Shown piece by piece: positions 17,680-27,795 of a stretch of 64,000 nt of DNA. This DNA is from an uncultured delta proteobacterium (GTDB taxonomy: Bacteria > Myxococcota_A > Polyangia > Polyangiales > Polyangiaceae). A program made the translations under genes and the position numbers. The stretch is from NCBI GenBank assembly GCA_963841435.1, contig CAWJCS010000005.1, positions 1,504,001-1,568,000 on the forward strand, given 5' to 3'. Below the pieces are notes generated by a model, which saw only the letters and a program-made list of their open reading frames with translations, was not told the origin of the DNA and ran no database searches. Each line of letters opens with the position of its first letter. Within the stretch, counting starts at the first letter, position 1.

Positions 17680-20524
17680 TCAGAGCCGTGCGGCTTTTGG
17701 CGAAGGCACGCCGCTGCTCACGCTCGCGCACCGCGGCCCCGTCGAGAGCTCGGGATGGAAACGCAGGATGACGCGATCGCCGGACACGTCGACGCGATAC
17801 CCAGGCGGCACGCTCGTGAAGCGACCCGACACGCCGCTCGTCGCCGTGAGGATCGTCCACGCGCTTCCGGGGGCCGGGGTCGCGCTCAGCTCGCCGACCT
17901 CGAGAGCGCCACCGAGCACGGCGTGGCCCGACACGTGGACGGCGTCGTGCTTCGCGCCGTCGAGGTCGAGACGGAGCGCGCCGTTCGAGAGCCTGAGAAT
18001 CGCCGCTAATCTCGAGCACGCCGACGCCCGGCCCGGGGGCGACCACGCCGCCGTCGACGACGAGATCGAAGCGCACGCTTCGCGTGGCGAGCAAGCCACC
18101 CCGGAAACGGAACGTCGCGCCGTGCGCCTTCGCGAGGCTCCCCGCGCGGAGCTCACCGCCCGTGAGCTCGAGCGAGCCGTGCGCGCCAATGCTCACCTGG
18201 TCGCCGACGTCGAGCCAGCCGTTTCGCACGGCGAGCACCGCGCTGCCGGCAATCTCGACGGCGCGCGCCACCTGGCCGGGCGCATCGACCACGGCCGTCC
18301 CCGCGAGAACGCGAACAACGTCGAAACGGCTCGGCTGCCAGTGCGCCGTCTTCGCGACGCGCGTGCCGCCGGAGGGCATCACGCCGAAGCTTTCGCTCTC
18401 CGCGTAGCGAGCCGTCCCCTCGACGGCGAACGCGAGCTGACCGGGCGCGGGCCACGCCGCGAGCTCGTTCAGGTACTCCTCGAGGTTCGTGTAGCCGTCG
18501 GCGTCGAGGTCGCCGTTGTTGTCGGCCAGCGCCGGGTTCGTACCGTGCGCGGATTCCCAGGTGTCCGGCATGCCGTCGCCGTCGGTGTCGAAGCCCGAGG
18601 GGCGGCTCGTCATCGGCGTCGCGACGAGCGCCCGCCACTCCGTGCCATCCTGCGAGCTCGAGTTGAACGGGTCGTCCGCCCACGCGACGATTTTGCCGGT
18701 GCCGGCGCGCGTCTCGGCAACGATCCGCGTGTCGAGCGCGGCGCGCTGCCAGTAGCGCGACCCCGCGTAGGAGAGCACACGGTCGAATGCGGCCTGGGCG
18801 CTGTCCGTCACGCCCGCGTAAGGCGTCTGCGTGAACGCGTTCGACTGAATGCTCGAAGATCCGAAATCGGAGCTCGAGAGCGACGCGCCGTCGGAAGCGT
18901 CGCCGTCCCGATTCGTGTCCTTCAGATTGCCGCTCTGGTACACCTTCGTGAGGGAGCTGTCGCTGCCGTTGAAGATGCTCGTGCCGCCGCCCGACGTGCT
19001 GATGGCGGTGCTCTCGTTGCCCGAAGCGTCGTCGCCGCCGTTTCCCGCCAGATAGAAGTTGCCGATGAAGTTGTTCTGGCTTGCCTGGCCCGAAGCACCG
19101 GTGCCGGCGGTGCCGAGCCAGTTGTAAAAGACGTTGTTCCGAAAGTCGTTGTAAGCGCCGACGCCCGCGACCGTGAGCGCACCCGACTCGGTGCCGACGC
19201 GCGGCAGGCGACCCTTGAGGTGCGCGTACAAGTTGTGGTGGACGCTGATTTTTGCGTTGGAGCCCGCCTGGAAAAGCGAGCCGAGCGCGTGACCCGTGTA
19301 CTTGATGCTGCTCGCCTCGGCGTCGGCTTGCGGATAGTTCTGGCCCTGCGCAATGAGCGCGTACTGCACGGTCACCTCGTTGGCGAGCTCGTTCATCGAG
19401 ACCGTCTCGTCGGTGGCGTAGACGGTGGTGACGTGGTCGATCATCACCTTCTGCCCGCTGATATCGAGCGCGTCGTACGTGTACGAGTCCGGGAAGTCGC
19501 CCGACACGGGAGGCTTGCTCGGCTCGTCGAAGCTGCGACAGCCGTAGCCGGGGGCGAACGTGACGTTCCGCAGGATGATATTGGTGCCGCCGACTTTGAT
19601 GGTGCCGCCCATGACGATCACGGGGCCGGGCGCCGTTTGCCCCGCAATGGTGACGGAGGCGGGTAGGTTGAGGCGCGAGGCGGTGTCCCAGCCGTTGCCG
19701 TTCGCGTCCCAGCCGGTCACGGCGGTGCGACCCAGAAAGAACACGCCCGACACGTCGAACACGATCGTGCGCGGCCCGGTGAGGTTCGACAGACCGTAGC
19801 GGAGCGTGCCCGGCCTCATGTCGCTCGAATCGGTGTCGAGCAGCGTCACGTGGTACACGTCGCCACCGCGACCGCCCGTGACCGTACCGGCCGCTCCGTC
19901 CGCGCCGGGGAAAGCGGGGAGCGCCGTACAATTGCCGGCCGTGCACTGGCAGGCCCCAGCGACGCACGTGCGCCCACCCGTGCACGGGCTGTTACACGCA
20001 CCGCAGTGCGCGTCGTCCGTCATCACGTCGACGCAGCTGCCACTGCAGCTCGCGTGACCCGCGTCGCAACCGGAGCTGCCGCCGCCGCCCGCGTCGCCAG
20101 CACCGCCGCCAGCACCCGAGCCGCCGCCCGCGACGCCCGCGTTGCCGCCCGATCCCGCCGTGCCGGCATCCGATCCACCTGCCCCGGCGGCACCGTCACC
20201 GGCGCTGCCGGCAGCGCCGGCGCTCGTCCCCGCGCTCCCGGCGGCGCCCGAGCCACCCGCGCCGCTTCCACCGGTTGCGGCCGCTCCACCCAACGCGCCG
20301 GACCCACCCATCCCCGCCAAAACGCCGCCGGTGCCGGAGCCCGCAGCGTTGCCCGCTATCCCCGAGCTCCCACCCGAGGCTCCCAGGCCTGACGATCCAC
20401 CCGTTCCGGGCGCGCCCGACCCCGCGCCCGGAGCGTCGCCGGATGCGGTTCCGCCGCCGCACCCGACGGCCGCCGGGGCCATCACCGCCACGAGGAAAGC
20501 TACACTCTTACTGGCACGCGTCAT
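17680..20524 (-). CDS. Pectate lyase (PL1-like) lipoprotein with Gly-rich linker, Cys-rich module, Ca-binding repeats and C-terminal beta-rich domain; +1 frameshift near 17998
   Basis: Lipobox AVGC; AFPGADG...GGRGGDVYHVT, GTLRY, RTIVFDVSG, TIAGQTAPG, IDH...DE, HHNLYAH...RLPR and DTDGDGMPDTWE...YTNLEEYLN. The C-terminus continues in the frame of ORF 17680..18189. Confidence 0.85.
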
Positions 20525-20774
20525 TTTCGGCCTCGCCGCCACTGCACGAGCTCAACGCGGATCGGTGGCCCGAGGCACGCGGCAGCGGTCATGTATGACG
20601 GCGGCCGGCGAACCGATCACGCCCCGCTGGCTTGAGACCAAAAAGGTCCGGGAGCCGCATGGCGCGCACTTCGTGCGATCCCCCACCGTCCGGAGGCAAT
20701 CCGTGCGCCCTCGGGCGCACCCGCTGCAGGCGTGCCCCGAGCAGCGGCCGACCTCGGACGGGAAACGGATCCGC

Positions 20775-21326
20775 TCAGGCGAGCAGCACGACCGTGCTCG
20801 CCTGGGGTCCCTTGTCGCCCATCTCCTCGACGAAGCGCACCTTGGAGCCGACCTTCATGCGCCCGAAAGCGTGGTGGAGCACGCTGTTCTGGTGGAAGTA
20901 GATCTCGTCACCTTCGGGCGTCTGCAAAAACCCATATCCTTCGTATTCGAGAAGCTTGGCGACGTGCGCCCGCCGATAGGCGTGCTCGTGGGGCTTCACC
21001 TCGCCTCGCTGCTGGCGCACGAAGTCCTCGAGCCTGCGCAGGGCATTGTCGAAGGCCTGATCGATGGCGGCATACGCGTCCTCGTGAATCGGATCGTCTT
21101 CGCGCGCATGGCTCACCGGAACCAGGCCGCCGGGCAAGGACACCTCGACGGCGACGCGAAAGGGCCGACCGTTGCGCTGGTGACGATGGGGCATCTCCAC
21201 GGTGACGTGGCAGTCGGTGATGCGGTCCGCGAATCGCTCGAACCGCTCCGCGCGTGCGCGGACGTACCGGTCGATGGCCTCCGAGGACGCCATGTCTCGG
21301 AAAGTGATTCTCAGTGGAATGGTCAT
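20775..21326 (-). CDS. HPF/RaiA family ribosome-associated protein fused to a cold-shock domain
   Basis: LRITFRDMASSEAI, DAYAAIDQAFD, then GYGFL...EIYFHQNSV...KGPQASTV. Start ATG 21326. Confidence 0.9.
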   Translation of the reverse strand: MTIPLRITFRDMASSEAIDRYVRARAERFERFADRITDCHVTVEMPHRHQRNGRPFRVAVEVSLPGGLVPVSHAREDDPIHEDAYAAIDQAFDNALRRLEDFVRQQRGEVKPHEHAYRRAHVAKLLEYEGYGFLQTPEGDEIYFHQNSVLHHAFGRMKVGSKVRFVEEMGDKGPQASTVVLLA

Positions 21327-21338
21327 GCCCATGATCGA

Positions 21339-21355
21339 AGCATCAACCGTGCCCA
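21339..21355 (-). promoter_or_regulatory. Sigma-54 (-24/-12) promoter for the HPF-CSD gene
   Basis: Minus strand reads TGGGCACGGTTGATGCT, an exact GG-N10-GC with a GGCACG core. Predicted +1 is about 21328. Confidence 0.6.
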
Positions 21356-21451
21356 CGATCCCCGCAGACGAGCAGGGCGCCCCGGACGAGCCCCTGCGCA
21401 AATCGTTCGCGTCGCCACCCCGGGGCGAATCGGCTGCACGCGGGCCCGCAA

Positions 21452-21467
21452 GGGCACGGCTTTTGCT
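21452..21467 (+). promoter_or_regulatory. Sigma-54 (-24/-12) promoter for the 21481 membrane protein gene
   Basis: GGGCACG-GCTT-TTGCT against consensus TGGCACG-N4-TTGCW. Predicted +1 is about 21478. Confidence 0.7.
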
Positions 21468-21480
21468 CTCCATCCAAACG

Positions 21481-21903
21481 ATGGCTCTCGAGGTTGCACG
21501 CTTCTATCGCTTTCTCGCCGGGGCGGTCAACGTCACGCACGGCCTCGTGATGCTCATTTGGGGGCTCGGGCTACCGCTCGTGCTCTGGCACCGTTTCGCC
21601 CGCTTGAGCCGGGCGTACATGTGGTTCTCCGTCAGTTTCGTGGTGCTCTCGCTTCTTTCGCACCAGATCTTCGGCGAGTGCTTCCTGACGACGCTGTCGC
21701 GCCACCTGCGGGTGACCGCCGGAGTCCGGGTCAATCGGGTGCCCTTCACCGTCGTCTTCGTGAACGCCGTCGCGGGCATTCGTCCAAGCACGCGTGAGGC
21801 GGTCCTGCTCTGGGAGACGACCATCGCGACCTCGTGCGTCGCGACGCTGCTCTACTGGCGGCGGGCGCGAAGCAGTCCGTCGGCGCGGAGCGGCGCGCGC
21901 TGA
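21481..21903 (+). CDS. Small membrane protein, DUF2784-like
   Basis: Three hydrophobic segments, a His in TM1 and GECFLTTL (CxLT motif). Confidence 0.65.
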   Translation: MALEVARFYRFLAGAVNVTHGLVMLIWGLGLPLVLWHRFARLSRAYMWFSVSFVVLSLLSHQIFGECFLTTLSRHLRVTAGVRVNRVPFTVVFVNAVAGIRPSTREAVLLWETTIATSCVATLLYWRRARSSPSARSGAR

Positions 21904-21981
21904 GCGCCGACGGCGCACCCGGCGGCCGCGGGTCCGGGCAGGGGCCGACGCTCGCGCTCGGTGCTAGATTTGTGAGACTCG

Positions 21982-22968
21982 ATGCTTCGCAAGCGACTGG
22001 TTGGCATGCTCCTCGGCACCCGTTTGCCTCGTCTCTTGCCGGTCGGCGCGCTCGGGATCGTCGTCTTGCACTTCGGTGCGCGCGAGGCCGTGGCCTCCGC
22101 CGTCGCGTTCGCTCCGAACGCCACGCGAGCGGCCGACGAGGCCGTGCCCCTGCCCGCGGAGCTTGCCGACCGGAGCGTGACGAGGCTAAAGGTGCCGGTT
22201 GGTCCGCCCAAGGCGACGCTCGCCGCGTGGGTCGTCGAGCCGAAGGCCCGGGCCGCGCGCGGAACCATCGTTTTGCTTCACGGCATTCGACTCGACAAGC
22301 GCTCGCTCGTGAGTCCCGCGCTCGCGTTCTCCGATGCCGGCTACCGCACCGTGCTCGTCGATCTGCGCGGTCACGGTGAATCGAGCGGGCGCTATCTGAC
22401 CTACGGTGCGGTCGAGAATCGCAACGTCTCGAGCGTGCTCGACGCGCTCGAGGCAAGCGGCACGAAGCTCGGCTGTGTGGGCGCGTACGGCTATTCCTAC
22501 GGCGCCGCCGTCGCGCTCGAGCTCGGAGCGCACGACGCGCGAGTGCGTGCCGTCGTGGCGGTCGCGCCGTTCTCGTCCCTACGCTCGGTGATCCTCGACT
22601 ACCGGCGCCGCTACCTACCGGCGCCCCTCAGTGCGATCCCCGACTCGTGGTTTCAGGGCGCGGTCAACGAGGCGAGCCGCATCGCCGCGTTCGATCCCGA
22701 CGGTTCCGCGCCCGAACGGGCAGCGACCTGGTCGACCGCCGAGCAGCTGCTCATTCACGGCACGAGTGACACGCAGGTGCCCCTGGCGCACAGCGAACGT
22801 CTCGCGCGCGCTGCCCAGGGGCGCGCACGCCTCGTCACCGTGGCGGGGGCATCCCACGATACGATCCCGGCGTTCGCAGAGACCCGACGCGAAAGTCTCG
22901 CTTGGTTCGAACGCTGGCTCGAGCCCGAACACTGCGAGAAGGCGCAAGCGCCAGCCGATCGGCACTGA
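21982..22968 (+). CDS. Alpha/beta hydrolase with N-terminal anchor
   Basis: VLLHG, DLRGHGES, GYSYG, LLIHGTSDTQVP and GASH. Confidence 0.88.
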   Translation: MLRKRLVGMLLGTRLPRLLPVGALGIVVLHFGAREAVASAVAFAPNATRAADEAVPLPAELADRSVTRLKVPVGPPKATLAAWVVEPKARAARGTIVLLHGIRLDKRSLVSPALAFSDAGYRTVLVDLRGHGESSGRYLTYGAVENRNVSSVLDALEASGTKLGCVGAYGYSYGAAVALELGAHDARVRAVVAVAPFSSLRSVILDYRRRYLPAPLSAIPDSWFQGAVNEASRIAAFDPDGSAPERAATWSTAEQLLIHGTSDTQVPLAHSERLARAAQGRARLVTVAGASHDTIPAFAETRRESLAWFERWLEPEHCEKAQAPADRH

Positions 22969-23069
22969 CCGGGCGCGGAGCGGTCCGTGCGCCGGCCATG
23001 GCTTGAGACCGGAAACAGATGACGCGGCGGCAGCTCGGAAAAGCGCTGCGTTTCGTGCACGAGAGAACC

Positions 23070-23097
23070 TTGACCATCGCTGGAATGGGATGATACT
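23070..23097 (+). promoter_or_regulatory. Possible sigma-70 promoter for the GT4 gene
   Basis: TTGACC-N16-GATACT about 40 bp upstream of ATG 23138. Confidence 0.35.
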
Positions 23098-23137
23098 CGC
23101 ATGGGCTCTCGATGGGCGAGGCGCCACGACCCGACCC

Positions 23138-24445
23138 ATGAGTGCCTCGCGTCCCCGAGTCCTCCTCATCGCGGAAGCTTGCAACCCGGAGTGGGTGAGC
23201 GTTCCGTTGATTGGCTGGTCGCACGGACGCGCGCTGGCGGGGCTCACCGACGCGCTCGTCGTCACCCAGGTCCGGAACCGTGAAGCGCTCGAGCGCGCCG
23301 GCTGGACGGAGGGTCGCGAGTTCGTCGCGCTCGACACCGAGGCAGTGGGTGTCCCCATCTACCGGGCGAGCCAGTGGCTGCGTCGAACGGCCGGGTTTGG
23401 CTGGACGTTGACCACGGCGACGGCGAGCATTCCCTACTACTACTTCGAGCACCTGCTCTGGCGTCGTTTCGGCGACGACATCAAAAGCAAGCGCTTCAAC
23501 GTCGTGCATCGACTCACGCCGCTCAGCCCGACCATCCCGAGTTTCCTCGCGGTAAGGTGCAAGGCGTCCGGAGTCCCCTTCGTGTGGGGGCCGATCAACG
23601 GCGGCGTGCCCTGGCCTCCCGGGTTCGGCAACGTCCGTCGCGCCGAGGGCGAGTGGCTCTCCTACCTTCGCAACGCCCATCGTCTCATGCCGGGTCACGC
23701 CAGCACCCGGCGCTCGGCGGCCGCGCTGATCGCCGGCTCCATGTCGGTGTGGGAGCAGCTCGACGGCCATCACGACCGCTCGGTGTACATCCCCGAGAAC
23801 GCGGTGGAGCCGGAGCGATTCCGCGGGTCCGTCGCGCCCTGGCAAGAGGGCCCACTCCGCGTCGCCTTCGTCGGACGGCTCGTCCCCTACAAGGGCGCCG
23901 ACATGCTCATCGAGGCCGCTGCGCCGCTGGTCCGCGCCGGCCGCGTTCGAGTCGACGTCTACGGTGATGGTCCCGAGCTCGGCAAGCTCGAGGCTCTCGT
24001 CGAGCGTGAAGAGCTCCGGAGCGGCGTCAGCCTGCACGGCTGGACGGCGCACGAAGCCCTGCAGGGCGAGCTCGTGCGCGCGCACGTGTTCGGTTTTCCG
24101 AGCGTGCGAGAGTTCGGGGGCGGAGCCGTGCTCGAAGCGATGGCGCTCGGACTCGTACCCGTGGTGGTCGGCTACGCGGGTCCGAACGAGTTGGTATCGG
24201 AACGCACCGGCATCCGCGTGCCGATCGGATCACGCGCATCCGTCGTCGCCGGCGTTCGCGCCGCACTGGAACGCCTGCTTGCGGATCCCGTCGAGCTCGG
24301 GCAGATGAGCAAGCGCGCACGGCACCACGTGCTTGAGAGCTTCACGTGGTCCGCGAAGGCCGCTCAGGTGCTCGAGGTCTATCGATGGGTGCTCGGTGAG
24401 CGAAGCAAGCCTAGCTTCGGAATGCCATTTCCGGACGACGCCTAA
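23138..24445 (+). CDS. Glycosyltransferase family 4
   Basis: VLLIAEACNPEWVSVP, FVGRLVPYKG and FPSVREFGGGAVLEAMA (EX7E). Start reassigned to ATG 23138. Confidence 0.92.
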   Translation: MSASRPRVLLIAEACNPEWVSVPLIGWSHGRALAGLTDALVVTQVRNREALERAGWTEGREFVALDTEAVGVPIYRASQWLRRTAGFGWTLTTATASIPYYYFEHLLWRRFGDDIKSKRFNVVHRLTPLSPTIPSFLAVRCKASGVPFVWGPINGGVPWPPGFGNVRRAEGEWLSYLRNAHRLMPGHASTRRSAAALIAGSMSVWEQLDGHHDRSVYIPENAVEPERFRGSVAPWQEGPLRVAFVGRLVPYKGADMLIEAAAPLVRAGRVRVDVYGDGPELGKLEALVEREELRSGVSLHGWTAHEALQGELVRAHVFGFPSVREFGGGAVLEAMALGLVPVVVGYAGPNELVSERTGIRVPIGSRASVVAGVRAALERLLADPVELGQMSKRARHHVLESFTWSAKAAQVLEVYRWVLGERSKPSFGMPFPDDA

Positions 24446-24570
24446 ACGCAGGAGATCGCACGGCGCGGGGAATCGCGGCGTGGGGGCTGTTGCCCGAGGA
24501 GTGCGAACGGTTCACTATTGCGCGCACGCTCGCGCACATGCGAGATAGCGGCTCGTCTGGGAATTCCGTC

Positions 24571-26046
24571 ATGGTCGGCTCAGCTTCAGGTCGGGGTGGT
24601 TCGGTGGCGCGAGCCCTGTGGGGTGCCGCGCTGGGCCTTGCTCTGGCTGCCGTGAGCGGGTGCGGAGCAGAGAAGGCCCAAGGCGGAGCACAACCAAGCA
24701 CCGTCGCGCCGACGGCGCCCAGAAGGCCCGGCCAACTGCCAGCGCCACCGAGCGCGGCGAATGCGCCACCGAAGGCGGCGAATGGTTTCACTCAGTTCAA
24801 GCCGAGCCCGGACACGACCATCTACTACGTGAGCGCCCAGGGCGACGACTCCAACGCCGGCACTTCGGAGGCTCAGCCACTCAAAACGGCCGGGGCCGCC
24901 ATGAAGATGCTCCACGACGGCCTCCCCGACTGGATCCTGTTTCGACGCGGCGACAAGTTCAGGGAGATCGGACAGGTCAAGGCGTCGGGCCGTTCCAGCG
25001 CGGAGCCCATGCTGTTCGGCGCCTATGGGAGCTCCACCACGCGGCCACGGTTCACCGCTGGCGGCCTGGCCACCAGCGGGGGCGGCGGCGGGCCCGAGTA
25101 CACGAGCTACCTCGTGTTCATGGGGCTCGACTTCGTGATCGAGCGGCGTGACCCGACACACCCGCGGCACGATCCGACCTTCGGAGGATCGCTCGTGAGC
25201 TGGCTGCGCGGCTCGGCGGGCGTCTGGTTCGAGGACTGCGTGTTCCAGTGGGGAGGCATCGGCTTTCAGGAGTTCGACAAGTTCGACATCGAAAACGTCA
25301 CCTTCCGCCGCTGCCAGTTCCTGGACTCGTACGACAGCCATGGCTCTCACGCGCAGAACGTGTACATTTCGCGCGCCAAAAACGTCGTCTTCGACGAGTG
25401 TCTCTTCGATCACGGCGGTTGGAACGCCTCGATTCCCGGGGCCGACTCGACGATCTTCAACCACAACATCTACATCCAGAACTACACGCCCCGGGTCACG
25501 CTCAAAAACTCGATTTCGATGCGAGCCTCGAGCCACGGCGTGCAGTTTCGTGCCGGGGGCACGGTGGAGAACAACTTCTTTTACCAGAACCCCATCAACA
25601 TCCTGATCGGCGGTGGCTCCACTCCCGATAAGGGCGGCGTGGAAGGCTTGGTGCGCGACAACGTCGTCGACGAAGGCGTCAACATGCACACTGGCGAGGG
25701 GCGCGGCTGGGGCATCGAGCTCGAGAACATCCGCGCCGTGACGGTGGAAGGAAACATCATCACGCATTGCCGGGGCACCGGTTGCAGGAACATCCCCAAG
25801 GGCGTCGCCGGTGCGACCCTGAACGAAAACATCATCCACGACTGGCCGGGCGAATCCCCCGCGACCCAAGGTGACTACCCGCACCCGGACGTTACACTGG
25901 CCGACTACGCGGCCACGCTCAACCTGACGATCGACCAATTTTACGGCGAGCTCCGCAAACAATCGCAGTTTCACTGGCGACCCGAGCTCACCGCCAACGC
26001 CATCAACAACTATTTCCGCTCCGCCTTTGGTCGGCCCAAGCGCTGA
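24571..26046 (+). CDS. Right-handed parallel beta-helix lipoprotein, paralogue 1
   Basis: Lipobox VSGC, Pro/Ala linker, YYVSAQGDDSNAG...PLKT, ILFRRGD and Asn-ladder repeats. Exact start uncertain. Confidence 0.8.
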   Translation: MVGSASGRGGSVARALWGAALGLALAAVSGCGAEKAQGGAQPSTVAPTAPRRPGQLPAPPSAANAPPKAANGFTQFKPSPDTTIYYVSAQGDDSNAGTSEAQPLKTAGAAMKMLHDGLPDWILFRRGDKFREIGQVKASGRSSAEPMLFGAYGSSTTRPRFTAGGLATSGGGGGPEYTSYLVFMGLDFVIERRDPTHPRHDPTFGGSLVSWLRGSAGVWFEDCVFQWGGIGFQEFDKFDIENVTFRRCQFLDSYDSHGSHAQNVYISRAKNVVFDECLFDHGGWNASIPGADSTIFNHNIYIQNYTPRVTLKNSISMRASSHGVQFRAGGTVENNFFYQNPINILIGGGSTPDKGGVEGLVRDNVVDEGVNMHTGEGRGWGIELENIRAVTVEGNIITHCRGTGCRNIPKGVAGATLNENIIHDWPGESPATQGDYPHPDVTLADYAATLNLTIDQFYGELRKQSQFHWRPELTANAINNYFRSAFGRPKR

Positions 26047-26096
26047 CGAGGCCACGAAAGCCGGCGCAACGCGCCCCGGTCCCGGAGGTCAGTAAC

Positions 26097-27707
26097 GTGC
26101 AATCCTTGAGTCCATCGTTCGTGCGCTCGGTTGTTTTAGTGAGCATTGTCGCGATGTCCGCCCTGTTCGGATGCGGGAAGGACGACTCGGCGACACCTAT
26201 TCCAACCGCCGGCTCGACGTCCGCGGGCACCTCGGGAAGCGCCGGCACGGCCACGGGCGGTTCTTCCGCGGCAGCAACCGGAGGAACCGGGGGATCCGCC
26301 GCCGCAGCAGGCGGCCGCGCGGGAAGCTCCGGCTCCGGCGCCCAGTCCGCCGGAGAAGCGGGCGCGGACACGGCGGGCACCGGCGGAACCGGCGGCAGCG
26401 CCGGCACGAGCGGGGCGGCCGGAGGACCTCCGACGGCGGCCGACGGCTTCACCGATTTCATGCCGAGCGCGGACACCACCATCTACTACGTGAGCGCCGC
26501 AGGCGACGACGCCAATGCAGGGACGTCGGAGGCCGCACCGCTCAAGACGGCCGCTGCGGCCCTGAAGAAGCTTCACGACGGCTTGCCTGATTGGATCCTG
26601 TTTCGGCGCGGCGACAAGTTCACGCAGATCGGACAGATCAAGGCGTCGGGGCGTTCGAGCGCAGAGCCGATGCTGTTTGGTTCCTACGGCGACTCGACCG
26701 AGCGGCCACGCTTCACCAGCGCCGGCCTGAACACCGCGGGGGGCGCCGGCGGGCCGGAGTTCACGAGCTACGTCGCGTTCATGGGGCTCGCCATCGTGTT
26801 CGAGCGGCGCGACCCGACCAACCCGCAGCACGATCCGACCTTCGGTGACGCCATCATCAACTGGCTGCGCGGCTCGGACGGAGCCTGGTTCGAGGACTGC
26901 GTGTTCCAGTGGGCGGGCGTCGGATTCCAGGAGTTCGACAACTTCGACATCGAGAACCTCACCTTCCGCCGCTGTCAGTTCCTGGATTCCTACAACAGCG
27001 AAGGCGCCCACGCGCAGAACGTGTACATCTCGGACGCGGGCAACATCGTGTTCGACGAGTGCCTGTTCGATCACGGCGGCTGGAACGAATCGATCCCCGG
27101 AGCCGACTCGACGATCTTCAACCACAACATCTACATTCAGAACAACACGCCCCGGGTCACGCTCAAGAACTCGATTTCGATGCGAGCCTCGAGCCACGGC
27201 CTGCAGTTTCGCGCCGGTGGGACGATCGAGAACAACTTCTTCTACAGAAACCCCATCAGCATCCTGGTCGGCGGTGGCTCCACTCCCGACCCGGGGGGCG
27301 TCGACGGCGTCGTGCTCGACAACGTCATCGACGAAGGCGTCAACATGCACACCGGCGAAGGGCGCGGCTGGGGCATCGACCTCGAGAACATCCACGACGT
27401 GACGGTGGACGGAAACATCGTCACGCACTGCTTGGGCGGCGGCTGCACCAACATCTTTAAGGGCATCGCCGGTGTCACGTACGGCAGCAACATCGTGTAC
27501 GACTGGCCCGGTGACTTCAGCCCGACCAACGGCAACTACCCGAATCCGGACGTCACGCTTTCGGACTACGCCGCCACGCTCAACATGACGATCGAGGAAT
27601 TTTACGACGCGCTCAGGGCGCAGTCGCAGTTCAACTGGCGATCCGAGCTCACTGCCACCGCGATCAACAACTATTTCCGCACCGCCTTTGGTCAACCAAC
27701 GCGCTGA
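26097..27707 (+). CDS. Right-handed parallel beta-helix lipoprotein, paralogue 2
   Basis: Lipobox LFGC, Gly/Ser/Thr linker, then a domain colinear with and highly similar to paralogue 1. Confidence 0.82.
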   Translation: MQSLSPSFVRSVVLVSIVAMSALFGCGKDDSATPIPTAGSTSAGTSGSAGTATGGSSAAATGGTGGSAAAAGGRAGSSGSGAQSAGEAGADTAGTGGTGGSAGTSGAAGGPPTAADGFTDFMPSADTTIYYVSAAGDDANAGTSEAAPLKTAAAALKKLHDGLPDWILFRRGDKFTQIGQIKASGRSSAEPMLFGSYGDSTERPRFTSAGLNTAGGAGGPEFTSYVAFMGLAIVFERRDPTNPQHDPTFGDAIINWLRGSDGAWFEDCVFQWAGVGFQEFDNFDIENLTFRRCQFLDSYNSEGAHAQNVYISDAGNIVFDECLFDHGGWNESIPGADSTIFNHNIYIQNNTPRVTLKNSISMRASSHGLQFRAGGTIENNFFYRNPISILVGGGSTPDPGGVDGVVLDNVIDEGVNMHTGEGRGWGIDLENIHDVTVDGNIVTHCLGGGCTNIFKGIAGVTYGSNIVYDWPGDFSPTNGNYPNPDVTLSDYAATLNMTIEEFYDALRAQSQFNWRSELTATAINNYFRTAFGQPTR

Positions 27708-27795
27708 ACGGGGACAGCAGCCGCGCTCGGGGTGCCGAGCGCGGCTGGCCGAAGCGAAGCTTCCCGCGGTACGCTGAGGGCGGAGCTCTTAAGCC

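Noticed and set aside
20040-20470. Low-complexity GCC/GGC-rich tracts (also near 26200-26440, 31500-31650 and 37330-37530)
   Set aside because: They encode ordinary Gly/Ala/Ser linkers of myxobacterial lipoproteins and are not DNA-level repeats.
20628-23010. Identical 12-mer TGGCTTGAGACC in two intergenic regions (20628-20639 and 22999-23010)
   Set aside because: About one such match is expected by chance. It is not palindromic and has no consistent position relative to starts.
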